A stretch of 64,000 nt of DNA from Candidatus Kapaibacterium sp. GTDB lineage: Bacteria; Bacteroidota; Ignavibacteria; Kapaibacteriales; UBA2268. Under the pieces are notes generated by a model. The model worked only from the letters and a program-made list of their open reading frames with translations. It was not told the origin of the DNA and ran no database searches. Shown here in pieces: positions 1-9,958 of this stretch; within the stretch, counting starts at the first letter, position 1, and every line of letters begins with the position of its first letter. The stretch is taken from assembly GCA_963664875.1 (NCBI GenBank), contig OY761611.1:3200001-3264000 (forward strand), written 5' to 3'. The translations under genes and the position numbers were made by a program.

Positions 1-2757
1 ACCAAAGCCATAATATGTTCCGCTTTTAATATTTTTAATTACACAATTATCAATATTAGATTCGCCTCTTGATTGGATTGCTGTATTGATTGTATTAGTT
101 TGACCATCTATTGTCAAGTTGCTCATACCAAAAGTTGCATCTGGCGCTACATAGAACCATGCAGCTGATTGCGTGTAAGAAGAATTTGTTGTAGCATAAT
201 CAGTATTAATAACTGTCAAATCTTTACCTGCACCCTTAATTGCAAGGTTTTTATCAATTACGAATTGTCCTGATTCAAGGAAAGTACCGTCTCCTAATAG
301 GATAGTGCTTCCTGCAGGTGTTAAAGCTATATTATCTTGAAGATTTGTATTGATTCTAACAGAATTTGGATATGTGCCAAGCATCAAATCTGCAGGAACG
401 AAGTTTGCGTAGTCAGAAAGTGCAATTACTTTGTTTCCGAAAGTGTTTTGATTCCAAATTTGTGCCCAGTCTAATTGCCCTGCAATTACACCACCCACAT
501 TACCGCGAGCGTTGATATAATCATCTACATTTGTAACACCGGAAAAATCATTACCTGTGATTACTGCACCACCAACAGGTTTAACAATCCATCCTTGAAC
601 AGGATTTTCACCATTCCAACCACGGAAGCTGATTAGATAGTATTCTCTCTCGCCTGTGAAAGTGTTATTTGTAATTTGTCTATTTGCAACATCGCCGGTT
701 TTTCCAACGCCATTGTTTATCGATACGAGTGCATTATGGAAAATGTTATTATTGATTGTATAATGTGTAATTGGATGAGTTAAATCCCATTCGCCAAAAT
801 ATAAAGAACCTTGATTGGCAACTGTATTAAAGTAGCAATTAGAGATTGTAAAATTATTACCTACTACTTCAATTGTTTTGTTATTGTCCATAACTCCGTT
901 TTTGAAGTTATCGCCAATTTTCAGACCTTCTAAAGTTACACCGTTTGCCTGAACAAAAATACCTGAAGAACCAAATGAGTTTGTTGCATTGGTTGTGAAT
1001 GTAACAGCTGCATTTGCAGGATCTGTAACAACATTACCATTAACATCTAAACCTCTGATTTTAAGATTGTCCTTATCGATGAACATACCGAATTGATATC
1101 CGTTTGCAGGCCCGTGTGTACCAAACACCATTCGACCGGTTGCTGCTATCATACCGTAGTCACCTGCTTCAACGAGAATAGTATTGCCCGGAGCTGCTGC
1201 GTCAATTGCAGCTTGAATTGACAATAGTGGCATTACATGATATACAGAGTTGTTATCTTTAACTACTGAAGCAGTGTTGCCTAAGCGAGTATTTAGATAA
1301 GTTGCAAAACCATAAGCTTCGAGTAGGTCACCGTCTGTGTAGAATGTATATTCTGTCAGAGGCGTGTTTGCTGTTTCATAAGTCCAATTTGAAATATTGA
1401 TATTGGTAGAAACAAAACCGAACTCATTTTGAATATAAACTGCATCTTCGACATTATTAGCTGCAAAGTCAAAGTTTACGTTATTAGATGCTCTGTTATA
1501 ATAAGTCGGTTTAGAGCAATAAACAGCGATACCACCCCAAGCGTTGTTCGAAGAGGTAACACCTGTGATAGTTACATTATTACAGCCGGTTAGACTGATT
1601 GCATTGCCACCTACTGTATTAGTAGCAGTTAGGTTTGTCAAAGTCAAATTCGTAACTGCATGAAAATCAAAAGGTGTTTTCTTAGAAGCATTTGCTGTAA
1701 TATTTTCGAGAGTAATATTTGCAATATCATCACTCACTTTGAACAAATAACTTCCGTTCGCAGTATTTGGTATGGTTGTAAAGTTTTTGATTGTTACATC
1801 TGAAGCACCAACTTTAATTCCATAGGCTGGGCCATTAACTGCAGAAACATCAATGAAACATCCTGCTTCTGAATCACCTATGATTGTCAAGGCTTTGTTT
1901 ATACTTAATGTATTAGTTTGTACAAAAGTACCCTCTAATACTCTAAGATAGTCACCCGCTGTGGCTGCATTAACTGCCGGCTGGATATTTTCATGAGTCG
2001 TAGTTTGAGTTATATTATAGACTCTATCAGTTGCACTATGAACTGCAATATCGTCCCAATAAATGTCATAGTCGTCATTAAATACTTGTTCTGCTGCTGG
2101 TAGAGTTAGATCACCAAAGTTATAACCTTGTACCCAAATATAACCCACAGATGCTGCTGCTGGAATACTTGTAGCAACATTATCTGTATATACAAGATTG
2201 CCATTGATATAAAACTCAGATTGTTGAGGATATAAGCGCATTTCAAGCTCATACCACTGGTCATAAGTTATTGTTGTTGAAAGATTTGCCCATGCATCAG
2301 CGTGCGTCCAAACTCTAAATGTAGGATTTGTACCTTCAGTATTAGCAAAACCTATAATAGGATAGTTGTCTGTTTTAGCATCACTTGCGTCGTAAGTTAA
2401 TGACCATAAGTCACTACGTCTGTGGTTTGTTTGCCAATCTTGAGGAATATATAGTTTTCCTTTAATGACAGCTGCATCATTAGCTGTGATTGGTATGTCT
2501 GTAAGAAACTTTCTGCCATGAGTATTTTTGTGTGTTGTTTGTGAGCTTGATTCTCTATCAGCCCAATCATCAGTGATTAGTAGATGCAGGCGAGCATCGT
2601 TTTGGAAAGTTGCCTGCTCGAATAGATTTGGGGCGTACCTGTCGGTACTCCATTCAGAGAGGTCATTAAATTCTGAGAAATACCGTCCACCAGCGACGGC
2701 ATCAAGACTTGCTACTATTATAGCGAGAAGTAGCAAGAAAATCTTGGTAGATTTCAT
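1..2757 (-). CDS. Large secreted right-handed beta-helix (pectin-lyase-fold) repeat protein, 3' end outside window
   Basis: Manual translation from ATG 2757 (AGGAG SD upstream) is open to the window edge (919 codons): MKSTKIFLLLLAIIVASLDAVAG signal peptide, repeated IQxAxxAAxxGxxIxVxxG caps and Asn-rich NNTF/GNDF beta-helix repeats. Not in the ORF track because no stop is reached. Confidence 0.85.
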   Translation of the reverse strand, partial: MKSTKIFLLLLAIIVASLDAVAGGRYFSEFNDLSEWSTDRYAPNLFEQATFQNDARLHLLITDDWADRESSSQTTHKNTHGRKFLTDIPITANDAAVIKGKLYIPQDWQTNHRRSDLWSLTYDASDAKTDNYPIIGFANTEGTNPTFRVWTHADAWANLSTTITYDQWYELEMRLYPQQSEFYINGNLVYTDNVATSIPAAASVGYIWVQGYNFGDLTLPAAEQVFNDDYDIYWDDIAVHSATDRVYNITQTTTHENIQPAVNAATAGDYLRVLEGTFVQTNTLSINKALTIIGDSEAGCFIDVSAVNGPAYGIKVGASDVTIKNFTTIPNTANGSYLFKVSDDIANITLENITANASKKTPFDFHAVTNLTLTNLTATNTVGGNAISLTGCNNVTITGVTSSNNAWGGIAVYCSKPTYYNRASNNVNFDFAANNVEDAVYIQNEFGFVSTNINISNWTYETANTPLTEYTFYTDGDLLEAYGFATYLNTRLGNTASVVKDNNSVYHVMPLLSIQAAIDAAAPGNTILVEAGDYGMIAATGRMVFGTHGPANGYQFGMFIDKDNLKIRGLDVNGNVVTDPANAAVTFTTNATNSFGSSGIFVQANGVTLEGLKIGDNFKNGVMDNNKTIEVVGNNFTISNCYFNTVANQGSLYFGEWDLTHPITHYTINNNIFHNALVSINNGVGKTGDVANRQITNNTFTGEREYYLISFRGWNGENPVQGWIVKPVGGAVITGNDFSGVTNVDDYINARGNVGGVIAGQLDWAQIWNQNTFGNKVIALSDYANFVPADLMLGTYPNSVRINTNLQDNIALTPAGSTILLGDGTFLESGQFVIDKNLAIKGAGKDLTVINTDYATTNSSYTQSAAWFYVAPDATFGMSNLTIDGQTNTINTAIQSRGESNIDNCVIKNIKSGTYYGFG

Positions 2758-3564
2758 CGGATTAACTCCTAATATGTTAAAAACGAAACAGAGACATTTT
2801 TTAAGTTGGGCAAGATGAAGTGATTTATCAAGTATTGAGCGAAAATACTTAATGATGAGCGAGCGCGAGCAGAGATGTCTTGCCTTTCTTATCTAATTAC
2901 TTATTTTGGATATTGTACTCACTTTATAATTTTTAATTATACTATTGCGTTATTTACAACATAGGGTAAAAATGATTCATAAACAATAGCATGATATACG
3001 TATTTTTATGTATCCCAATTATTACAAGATTAGCTTACCTATTATTGCGTATGTGTGTTTTTCTCGAGAATCAGACTAACCGATGATAGTAAACATATAA
3101 CATTGATAATAATCTATTTACTTGATATTTGATTTTTAAAAAATGGCAATATAAAGTGTTTTTTTATATAGCTGTTTTTAGGTATTACTATGGAATATTC
3201 CAGACTCTTGTTATAGTTTTTAGAAGCTCTCAGGAAGCTGAATTTTCATGCTCTTAGGTTGCCAATTTCAAAAACTATATATTGAGTGGCTGTCTTCTTC
3301 TAGATAAGTCTGTTTTTCTGAGAATAGTATTCAATTATTTTATCAAATATTGTGGTAAATATTTGCGCGGGATTCTTATAATAATTACGAGAACTTAACT
3401 TGATATGATTCTATCCCAAAACTATCAAGAGTATATATTAATATAACCATCCTTCTACTGTGCCTTACTCGTCATATCAAGCTGCCATATAGAATTCAAA
3501 TACACTTTTCTTTGACTTGTTTCTTCTTAGATTTTATAGATTAAAATTAGTTTGGTGCAAAACA

Positions 3565-5775
3565 ATGAAAATTTTCAGGTCAATATTTTTCATAATATTT
3601 ATACTTTCATGCAGTTTACATACTACTTCAGCTGCTGTGCTTCAGAAGTCATTAGATACTCAAGATATTACAAGCATGAGTATCGAAGAGTTGATGGATG
3701 TTAAAGTCGTAAGTGTTTCAAATTTTGTAGAAACTAAAAAAAATGCCCCCGGAAATATTATTTACATAGAAAAATCTGAACTAATTCATCGTGGTTACAA
3801 TGATTTGGTCGAAATATTCAACGATTTGCCCGGAATTGATTTTGCTCAAACTTGGGGGGATTTGTATTATAAAACATATTGGCGAGGCTATCGGCAGGGA
3901 CTTTCTTCGCCTTTCCTTTTGATGCTTGATGGTAAAGTTATAAACCATCTCTATTACCATTGGACAGACATTTTAGTTTCCATCCCGATTTCAATGGTGG
4001 ATCACATTGAAATTGTATATGGTCCGGTTTCGTCTGTTTATGGAGCCAATGCTTTAATGGGAGTGTTCAATATTATTACTCAAACTGAAAAGGTTGAAAA
4101 CGGTACCTCTGTCAATGCTAAATTCTCTATCGGAAGCTTTGAGTCAAAAAATACTGACATTACTATCTTCCATAAAATAAACGATTTTTCTCTGAGAGTA
4201 AGTGCATTCCTTAATTATGGTGATTTGGATACAGATAAGCTCGAAGAATACGAATATACAAAGTCTAAATATGTAACTGATCCTAAACTTTGGGGTGAGT
4301 TTATAAATTCAGGTTTTTTCCCCGGAGAGTATAGCTCATTAAGAGAAAATAAAGGTCTGGCTCTTTCTGCATTTGTTGGGAACACAGAAATAGGGTTACA
4401 GTATTTCAGAGTAGATAATAAGTATGGTGTCAATTATGCTTATGACAAAGCACCTCCGGGTTGCGAATGGATGGAAGATGATTATTTTATGTTTGTAAGT
4501 AGTAAAAACGAAATTAGCTCAGAGATAACTTCTAATTCTTACGTCCGATTCAGACAATCTGATTTGCCGAGTGCAAGTGCTTCACTTGAGCAAGTTTCTG
4601 ACTATGGCGAGAAAAGACTTATCAAGTTTGGATATTGGCAACTAACTAACGATAGCTGGTCAGTCTATCAAGACTTTGATCTTAATTTTTTTGAGACTGT
4701 AAATCTAAAAGTAGGTTTCAATTATGAAATGCAGCAACTTCAAAAAGCTTATGAAATTAACTGGGGTGAAACAGTCTCGCCTGAAAACTCTTCGAATTAC
4801 AGCTATCCAAATCCACCTGGTAATATTACAAGAACAGAGAACTCTATGCTTTGGCAATATACAGGGGCTTATTTTCAATCTAAATATGATTTGTCAGATT
4901 TATTATCTTCTGATTTTCAGCACTATTTATCTTTGGGTCTAAGGTTTGATGATAACTCAGAGTTTGATTCGTATATAACTTATCGTTTAGCCTATATATT
5001 GAACTACAATCGTTTTGGTTTCAAACTAATGTATGGAACAGCCATACAGGAGCCGGCACCAAGACAGCTCTACGGGGCGTGGGCTGGAAGTAGTGATAAC
5101 GCAGGTTTAGTCCCTGAAGAATCTAAGAATCTGGAATCTGTTCTGTTCTATTCTGATCATTTGTTTTATATCTCTTTCAATCCCTACTACAGTATTATCG
5201 AAAATGCAATTAACAACATAAATTCTATCCCAATGAACATTTCCGAAAGAGAAATGCTCGGGATTGATCTACATTTTACCATGAAGTATGTACTTTCTGC
5301 TGAGCTTGACCTGAAGGTGTGGTCATATTTTTCTTATATTCACACCAGTGAAGAACGATACAACAACGATGCCGAGCATATAGGAAACAGCAAAATAGGG
5401 GATATAGCTCCGTATAAAGTATATTTTGGAACCAATATCGGATACAATAAATTCAATCTAAACTTGAGAGCACGATTCATTAGTGAAAGAGATAATTATC
5501 AAAGTAATCCTGTACCACATACACCCGAATACTTTACCTTAGATCTAAATCTAATTGCGAAAAATATATTGAAAAATGTTTCTTTGGGTCTGAAAGTAAA
5601 CAACATTTTTGATAAGACTTATTATCATCCGGGCATAAGAGACGCAAATGCAGGGATTATCCCCGGCTATTTCGATGCTGACGATAACTGGTACGGCAGC
5701 AGGGGTTGGATGAATTCACTTTTGCCACAACCCGGACGAGCTGTCTATCTCCAACTTATGCTCGATATAAAGTAA
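3565..5775 (+). CDS. TonB-dependent outer membrane receptor
   Basis: Signal peptide, MSIEELMDVKV and IEIVYGPVSSVYGANALMGVFNIIT plug motifs, C-terminal NNIFDKTY...PGR; ATG 3565 preferred over TTG 3517. Confidence 0.92.
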   Translation: MKIFRSIFFIIFILSCSLHTTSAAVLQKSLDTQDITSMSIEELMDVKVVSVSNFVETKKNAPGNIIYIEKSELIHRGYNDLVEIFNDLPGIDFAQTWGDLYYKTYWRGYRQGLSSPFLLMLDGKVINHLYYHWTDILVSIPISMVDHIEIVYGPVSSVYGANALMGVFNIITQTEKVENGTSVNAKFSIGSFESKNTDITIFHKINDFSLRVSAFLNYGDLDTDKLEEYEYTKSKYVTDPKLWGEFINSGFFPGEYSSLRENKGLALSAFVGNTEIGLQYFRVDNKYGVNYAYDKAPPGCEWMEDDYFMFVSSKNEISSEITSNSYVRFRQSDLPSASASLEQVSDYGEKRLIKFGYWQLTNDSWSVYQDFDLNFFETVNLKVGFNYEMQQLQKAYEINWGETVSPENSSNYSYPNPPGNITRTENSMLWQYTGAYFQSKYDLSDLLSSDFQHYLSLGLRFDDNSEFDSYITYRLAYILNYNRFGFKLMYGTAIQEPAPRQLYGAWAGSSDNAGLVPEESKNLESVLFYSDHLFYISFNPYYSIIENAINNINSIPMNISEREMLGIDLHFTMKYVLSAELDLKVWSYFSYIHTSEERYNNDAEHIGNSKIGDIAPYKVYFGTNIGYNKFNLNLRARFISERDNYQSNPVPHTPEYFTLDLNLIAKNILKNVSLGLKVNNIFDKTYYHPGIRDANAGIIPGYFDADDNWYGSRGWMNSLLPQPGRAVYLQLMLDIK

Positions 5776-5961
5776 GCTCCTATATTTTTTTACACTGGTG
5801 TAGCTTCGTTGGTGTGTCCTTCTAAAAGAAATTGGTAATAGAAAATCTCTTGTTATCTCGTATTCTGTAAACCATTTTTCACACATTTTGTTAGGTGTGA
5901 AATTTCTTTCCTATTTTCTGAGTAATATTTAAAAAATAATTGCAAAATTTGAAAAAAGTAT

Positions 5962-5990
5962 TTGCACGACTATTAGGATTATGTTACATT
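5962..5990 (+). promoter_or_regulatory. sigma70-type promoter (TTGCAC-17bp-TACATT with extended -10 TG)
   Basis: ttgcac 5962-5967, 17-nt spacer, TGn-tacatt 5985-5990, upstream of the methyltransferase leader. Confidence 0.6.
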
Positions 5991-6004
5991 TACATACCTA
6001 TTTG

Positions 6005-6120
6005 ATGCAAAATGATGATAACCTACACACATATAACCCGCTAAGCATTTACAGCTTTTTTCCTATTAAAGCTGTTGCTTCTCTGACGGTATCGCTTAAG
6101 CCTAAGCGATAGACTTTTAC
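6005..6120 (+). promoter_or_regulatory. Putative attenuator leader (uORFs plus two hairpins)
   Basis: uORF MMITYTHITR* 6012-6044; hairpin aagca/acagcttt..aaagctgt/tgctt 6043-6080; hairpin tatcgctta-agcc-taagcgata 6090-6111 followed by a T-rich tail. Confidence 0.5.
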
Positions 6121-6153
6121 TTATATCAATTTAGAATCAAGGACTTAATCCAA

Positions 6154-6900
6154 ATGGAACAGGTTTTCTATGAGCTGTTCGATGATGTGCCACGTCAGGG
6201 CCCGGGAAGCGATGCATCTACTCTCAAAGCTTTGAGCGAAGTAAAAGATTCGTTACCTAAATGCCCACGCATATTAGACTTGGGATGCGGCACCGGCAAG
6301 CAGACACTTAACATCGCACAGCAAGTGCAAGACTCTCTGATAACAGCTATTGACAATTACGAACCTTTTTTGCAGAAGCTCTCAGAGGCTTCTGAAATGC
6401 AAGGACTAAGCCGAAATGTAACTCCACTTCTCGGAGATATGGGCAGACTTCCTTTTTATCCCAATTCGTTTGATTTGATGTGGGCTGAAGGTTCGATATT
6501 TATTCTTGGAGTAGAAAAAGCTTTGGAGCATTGGACTCCTCTGCTTAGTAAAGGCGGACAGATTTGTTTCTCAGAAATGGTAATGACAAGCGACTTACCA
6601 CACGAAGAATGCTCAAAGTATTTCTCTGAAATTTATCCGGGAATGCCGAGCAAAGAGCAGATTAGAAAAGCTCTCGAAACAAACGGATACGAGCTCAAAT
6701 CTGAATTTTTGTCGCCTTACTCAGACTGGTGGGACGAATATTACACTCCGATACTCGGGAATCTCGAGAAAATGAAGAGTAAATATTCAGACAACAAAAC
6801 AGCAGATGAAATAATTAAAGGAATGGAAACAGAAATCGAAATTCACCGTAAATACGGGGATCAATATGGTTATATGTTCTTTATTGCAGTAAAAAAATAG
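6154..6900 (+). CDS. Class I SAM-dependent methyltransferase
   Basis: ILDLGCGTG motif I, PRQGPGS N-terminus, FDLMWAEGS. Confidence 0.92.
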   Translation: MEQVFYELFDDVPRQGPGSDASTLKALSEVKDSLPKCPRILDLGCGTGKQTLNIAQQVQDSLITAIDNYEPFLQKLSEASEMQGLSRNVTPLLGDMGRLPFYPNSFDLMWAEGSIFILGVEKALEHWTPLLSKGGQICFSEMVMTSDLPHEECSKYFSEIYPGMPSKEQIRKALETNGYELKSEFLSPYSDWWDEYYTPILGNLEKMKSKYSDNKTADEIIKGMETEIEIHRKYGDQYGYMFFIAVKK

Positions 6901-7132
6901 GTTGTCATCAGGTACTGCATCAATTAGAAATGACCTTGGTAGGAAATTGTGCTATACCAAGGCAAAATCAAAATCTTTTATAAAAAAATTAACATCTTAG
7001 GAGAAAAAACATGTTTACATTTACTAAACCTATAATTGCAGCCACGGACTTTGTCGTCAGTTTAGAGTTATCAAACAGATCATCAAATAGGTTAAAAGAA
7101 AAAATTGTAACACATAAAAAGCGAAAACGAAA

Positions 7133-8563
7133 ATGGGGAAATTAGACTCTCAAAAAGCAATAGATAGATTTTCTTTCTTCAAAAAAATATACTCATCAGC
7201 CTATCAGGCTATTATCGGGTCGAATATTGACTTTACCGAAGTAAGCGTCAGGCACGCTATATTTCTTCTCGCAGTGCCAATGGTGCTCGAGATGCTCGGG
7301 GAGTCTATGTTCGGAATTTTCGACATCTTCTTTGTGTCAAAATTAGGAGCCGATGCAGTAGCTGTAGTAGGTATTACTGAGTCACTCATCACAATAATAT
7401 ATGCCATCGGCATTGGTTTCAGCATGGCTACCGGTGCGATTGTCGCACGAAGAGTCGGCGAGAAGAAACCTGTGGAAGCCGCAAAATCGGGTTTTCAGGC
7501 GATACTTACAGGGATAGTTGTTTCCATTATTATTTCTATACCCGGAGCTATCTTCGCTAAAGATATATTGCTTATGATGGGCTTAAGTGCAGAAATAGCT
7601 GCAGAATATTACTCTTATACTGCAATTATTTTCGGCTCGAATATGACTATCATGCTCATATTCATCATAAATGCAATATTTCGTAGCGCAGGTGATGCTA
7701 CACGCTCTATGCAGGTACTTTGGTTTGCCAATATTATCAATATTATCTTAGACCCGATATTGATATTCGGCTTAGGGCCAATTCCGGCTATGGGAATAAA
7801 AGGTGCTGCTATTGCGACTGCTATTGGTCGAGGTCTTGGCATATTACTTCAGCTATATTTGCTTCTCAGCGATAAAAGCAGAATTAAATTTACAAAAGAC
7901 ATATTGGTATTTGACTTTGCTATAATCAAAAATCTGATAAATATATCCATTGGTGGGATTGGTCAGTATCTGATAGCAACTGCGAGCTGGATAGTGCTTG
8001 TGCGTATTCTGTCAGAATTCGGCAGCGACATTGTCGCAGGCTACACTATTGCAATACGAATAATGCTGTTTGCTATGCTGCCTTCGCTTGGTATAAGCAA
8101 TTCTGCAGCAACTCTTGTGGGGCAGAATCTCGGAGCAGTCAAGCCCGACAGAGCAGAGCAATCTGTATGGATAACAAGCAAAATAAATATCTTAGTTTTA
8201 GGTAGTATCGGGATAATATTTCTTGCCGTTCCGGAATTTTGGATAAGCTTCTTTATAGACGATCCAAATGTATTAAGCGCAGGTGCGACTTGCCTACGAA
8301 TAGTCAGTATAGGTTTCTTTGCCTATGGACTTGGTATGGTCATAATGAGTGCTTTCAACGGAGCAGGCGATACAAAAACACCAACTTACCTAAACATATT
8401 GTGCTTTTGGATGATCGAAATTCCGCTTGCATACACTCTTGCAGTCTTCCTTGACTGGAGAGAATACGGTGTTTTCTGGTCGATAGTAATCGCAGAAACG
8501 ATACTAACGCTACTCGCAGTATTCACCTTCAAAAAAGGCAACTGGAAGCTCAAACAGGTATAA
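7133..8563 (+). CDS. MATE family efflux transporter
   Basis: About 12 hydrophobic segments, FRSAGD / FNGAGDT duplicated halves, NIILDPILIFG..GIKGAAIAT motif. Confidence 0.95.
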   Translation: MGKLDSQKAIDRFSFFKKIYSSAYQAIIGSNIDFTEVSVRHAIFLLAVPMVLEMLGESMFGIFDIFFVSKLGADAVAVVGITESLITIIYAIGIGFSMATGAIVARRVGEKKPVEAAKSGFQAILTGIVVSIIISIPGAIFAKDILLMMGLSAEIAAEYYSYTAIIFGSNMTIMLIFIINAIFRSAGDATRSMQVLWFANIINIILDPILIFGLGPIPAMGIKGAAIATAIGRGLGILLQLYLLLSDKSRIKFTKDILVFDFAIIKNLINISIGGIGQYLIATASWIVLVRILSEFGSDIVAGYTIAIRIMLFAMLPSLGISNSAATLVGQNLGAVKPDRAEQSVWITSKINILVLGSIGIIFLAVPEFWISFFIDDPNVLSAGATCLRIVSIGFFAYGLGMVIMSAFNGAGDTKTPTYLNILCFWMIEIPLAYTLAVFLDWREYGVFWSIVIAETILTLLAVFTFKKGNWKLKQV

Positions 8564-8585
8564 ATCAAAACTTCTCCGCACTAAT

Positions 8586-8625
8586 ACTCCCTGAAAAGTC
8601 AATAAAGAGCGAATTTTCGGGGAGT
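8586..8625 (+). terminator. Hairpin downstream of the MATE gene
   Basis: actccctgaaaa ... ttttcggggagt inverted repeat; no clear poly-T tail. Confidence 0.4.
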
Positions 8626-8691
8626 GTGTGGGGGAGAAATATCCAATTTGACATATAATGATTTATGTAAAAAAATGTTCAAGAGTGAATC

Positions 8692-9759
8692 ATGATTTTT
8701 GAAAAATATGGAATCCCGAATTATATATCCTCTGAGATTTCATCAGGGAAAATTACTGCAACTGAATTAGGCAGAGTTATTGCAGAACACAAAGAAAGAT
8801 ATGCTGTTGCTATGGAATCCGGTATTGTAGATGCTGAAATAACCGGCAATATGCGTTTTGCTGCCGAGTCTCGTGAAGATTTCCCTGCTGTTGGTGATTG
8901 GGTGTTGCTCACAGCTTACGACCCGGATTTTGCTATTATCAGAGAAATTCTGCCACGAGTTTCTAAATTGTCGCGCCAGGCAGTGGGACAGTTCGGTGAA
9001 GTGCAGCTTATAGCAACAAATATTGACTTTGCTTTTCTCGTGCAGGCTGTTGATAGAGATTTTAATATAAACAGATTCGAACGCTATCTGTCCTTATGCT
9101 ATAACGGCAAAGTTACGCCCATAATTCTGCTTACTAAAACTGACCTTATTGATGATACCGAATTAGAGGAAATAATCAGTAGCATCAGGGAAAGAATCAA
9201 AGACGTAGATGTCCTTGCTGTAAGCAATGAGACCGGTATCGGCATCGACGTACTTTTAAACAAAATGGAAAAAGGCAAGTCGTACTGCCTGCTCGGCTCC
9301 TCGGGGGTAGGCAAGTCAACCTTGCTTAATACATTGATGGGCGAAGAAGTTATGAAAACAAGCTCTATAAGCACAAGTACCAACAAAGGTCGCCACACTA
9401 CCAGCCACAGAGAACTTATCTTACTCCAAAACGGTGCAATTATTATAGATACCCCCGGTATGCGGGAAGTCGGTGTAGTCAATCAGGAGCAGGGGATAGA
9501 AACCACTTTCGATTGGCTCTATACCTACGCAGAACACTGCAAATATCGTGACTGCACTCACACAAACGAAAAAGGTTGCGCAATTATAGAAGCAGTCGAA
9601 GCCGGCGAAATCAACCGAAAATCCTACGAAAACTACCTCAAAATGGAAAAGGAAAGTGCTCATTTCGAAGCTAGCAGTGCAGATAAGAAACGAAAAGGCA
9701 AATCGCTCGCTAAGTTAGTTAAGAATATGCACAAGATAGATCCTAAGCAGAAGAAGTAG
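8692..9759 (+). CDS. rsgA: Ribosome small subunit-dependent GTPase A
   Basis: AVGDWV OB fold, TKTD, GSSGVGKS, GRHTT, DTPG, CxYxDCxHxxExGC Zn finger. Confidence 0.95.
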   Translation: MIFEKYGIPNYISSEISSGKITATELGRVIAEHKERYAVAMESGIVDAEITGNMRFAAESREDFPAVGDWVLLTAYDPDFAIIREILPRVSKLSRQAVGQFGEVQLIATNIDFAFLVQAVDRDFNINRFERYLSLCYNGKVTPIILLTKTDLIDDTELEEIISSIRERIKDVDVLAVSNETGIGIDVLLNKMEKGKSYCLLGSSGVGKSTLLNTLMGEEVMKTSSISTSTNKGRHTTSHRELILLQNGAIIIDTPGMREVGVVNQEQGIETTFDWLYTYAEHCKYRDCTHTNEKGCAIIEAVEAGEINRKSYENYLKMEKESAHFEASSADKKRKGKSLAKLVKNMHKIDPKQKK

Positions 9760-9958
9760 GGGAGAGAGCTATTTTTAAGTAGTCTATTTTGTAAATACAA
9801 ATATGATGATTATAAGTCTGGAGAAGTATCGAACTTGTGATATGAAGAAACTTATACTTCGATACTTTATCTCGACTTTTGGAAGAATAAACACTGCTTA
9901 AGATATAGATAAATCCGGTTATAATTTCAATATTGAAAAAATAAGAGATCGTATTGGC

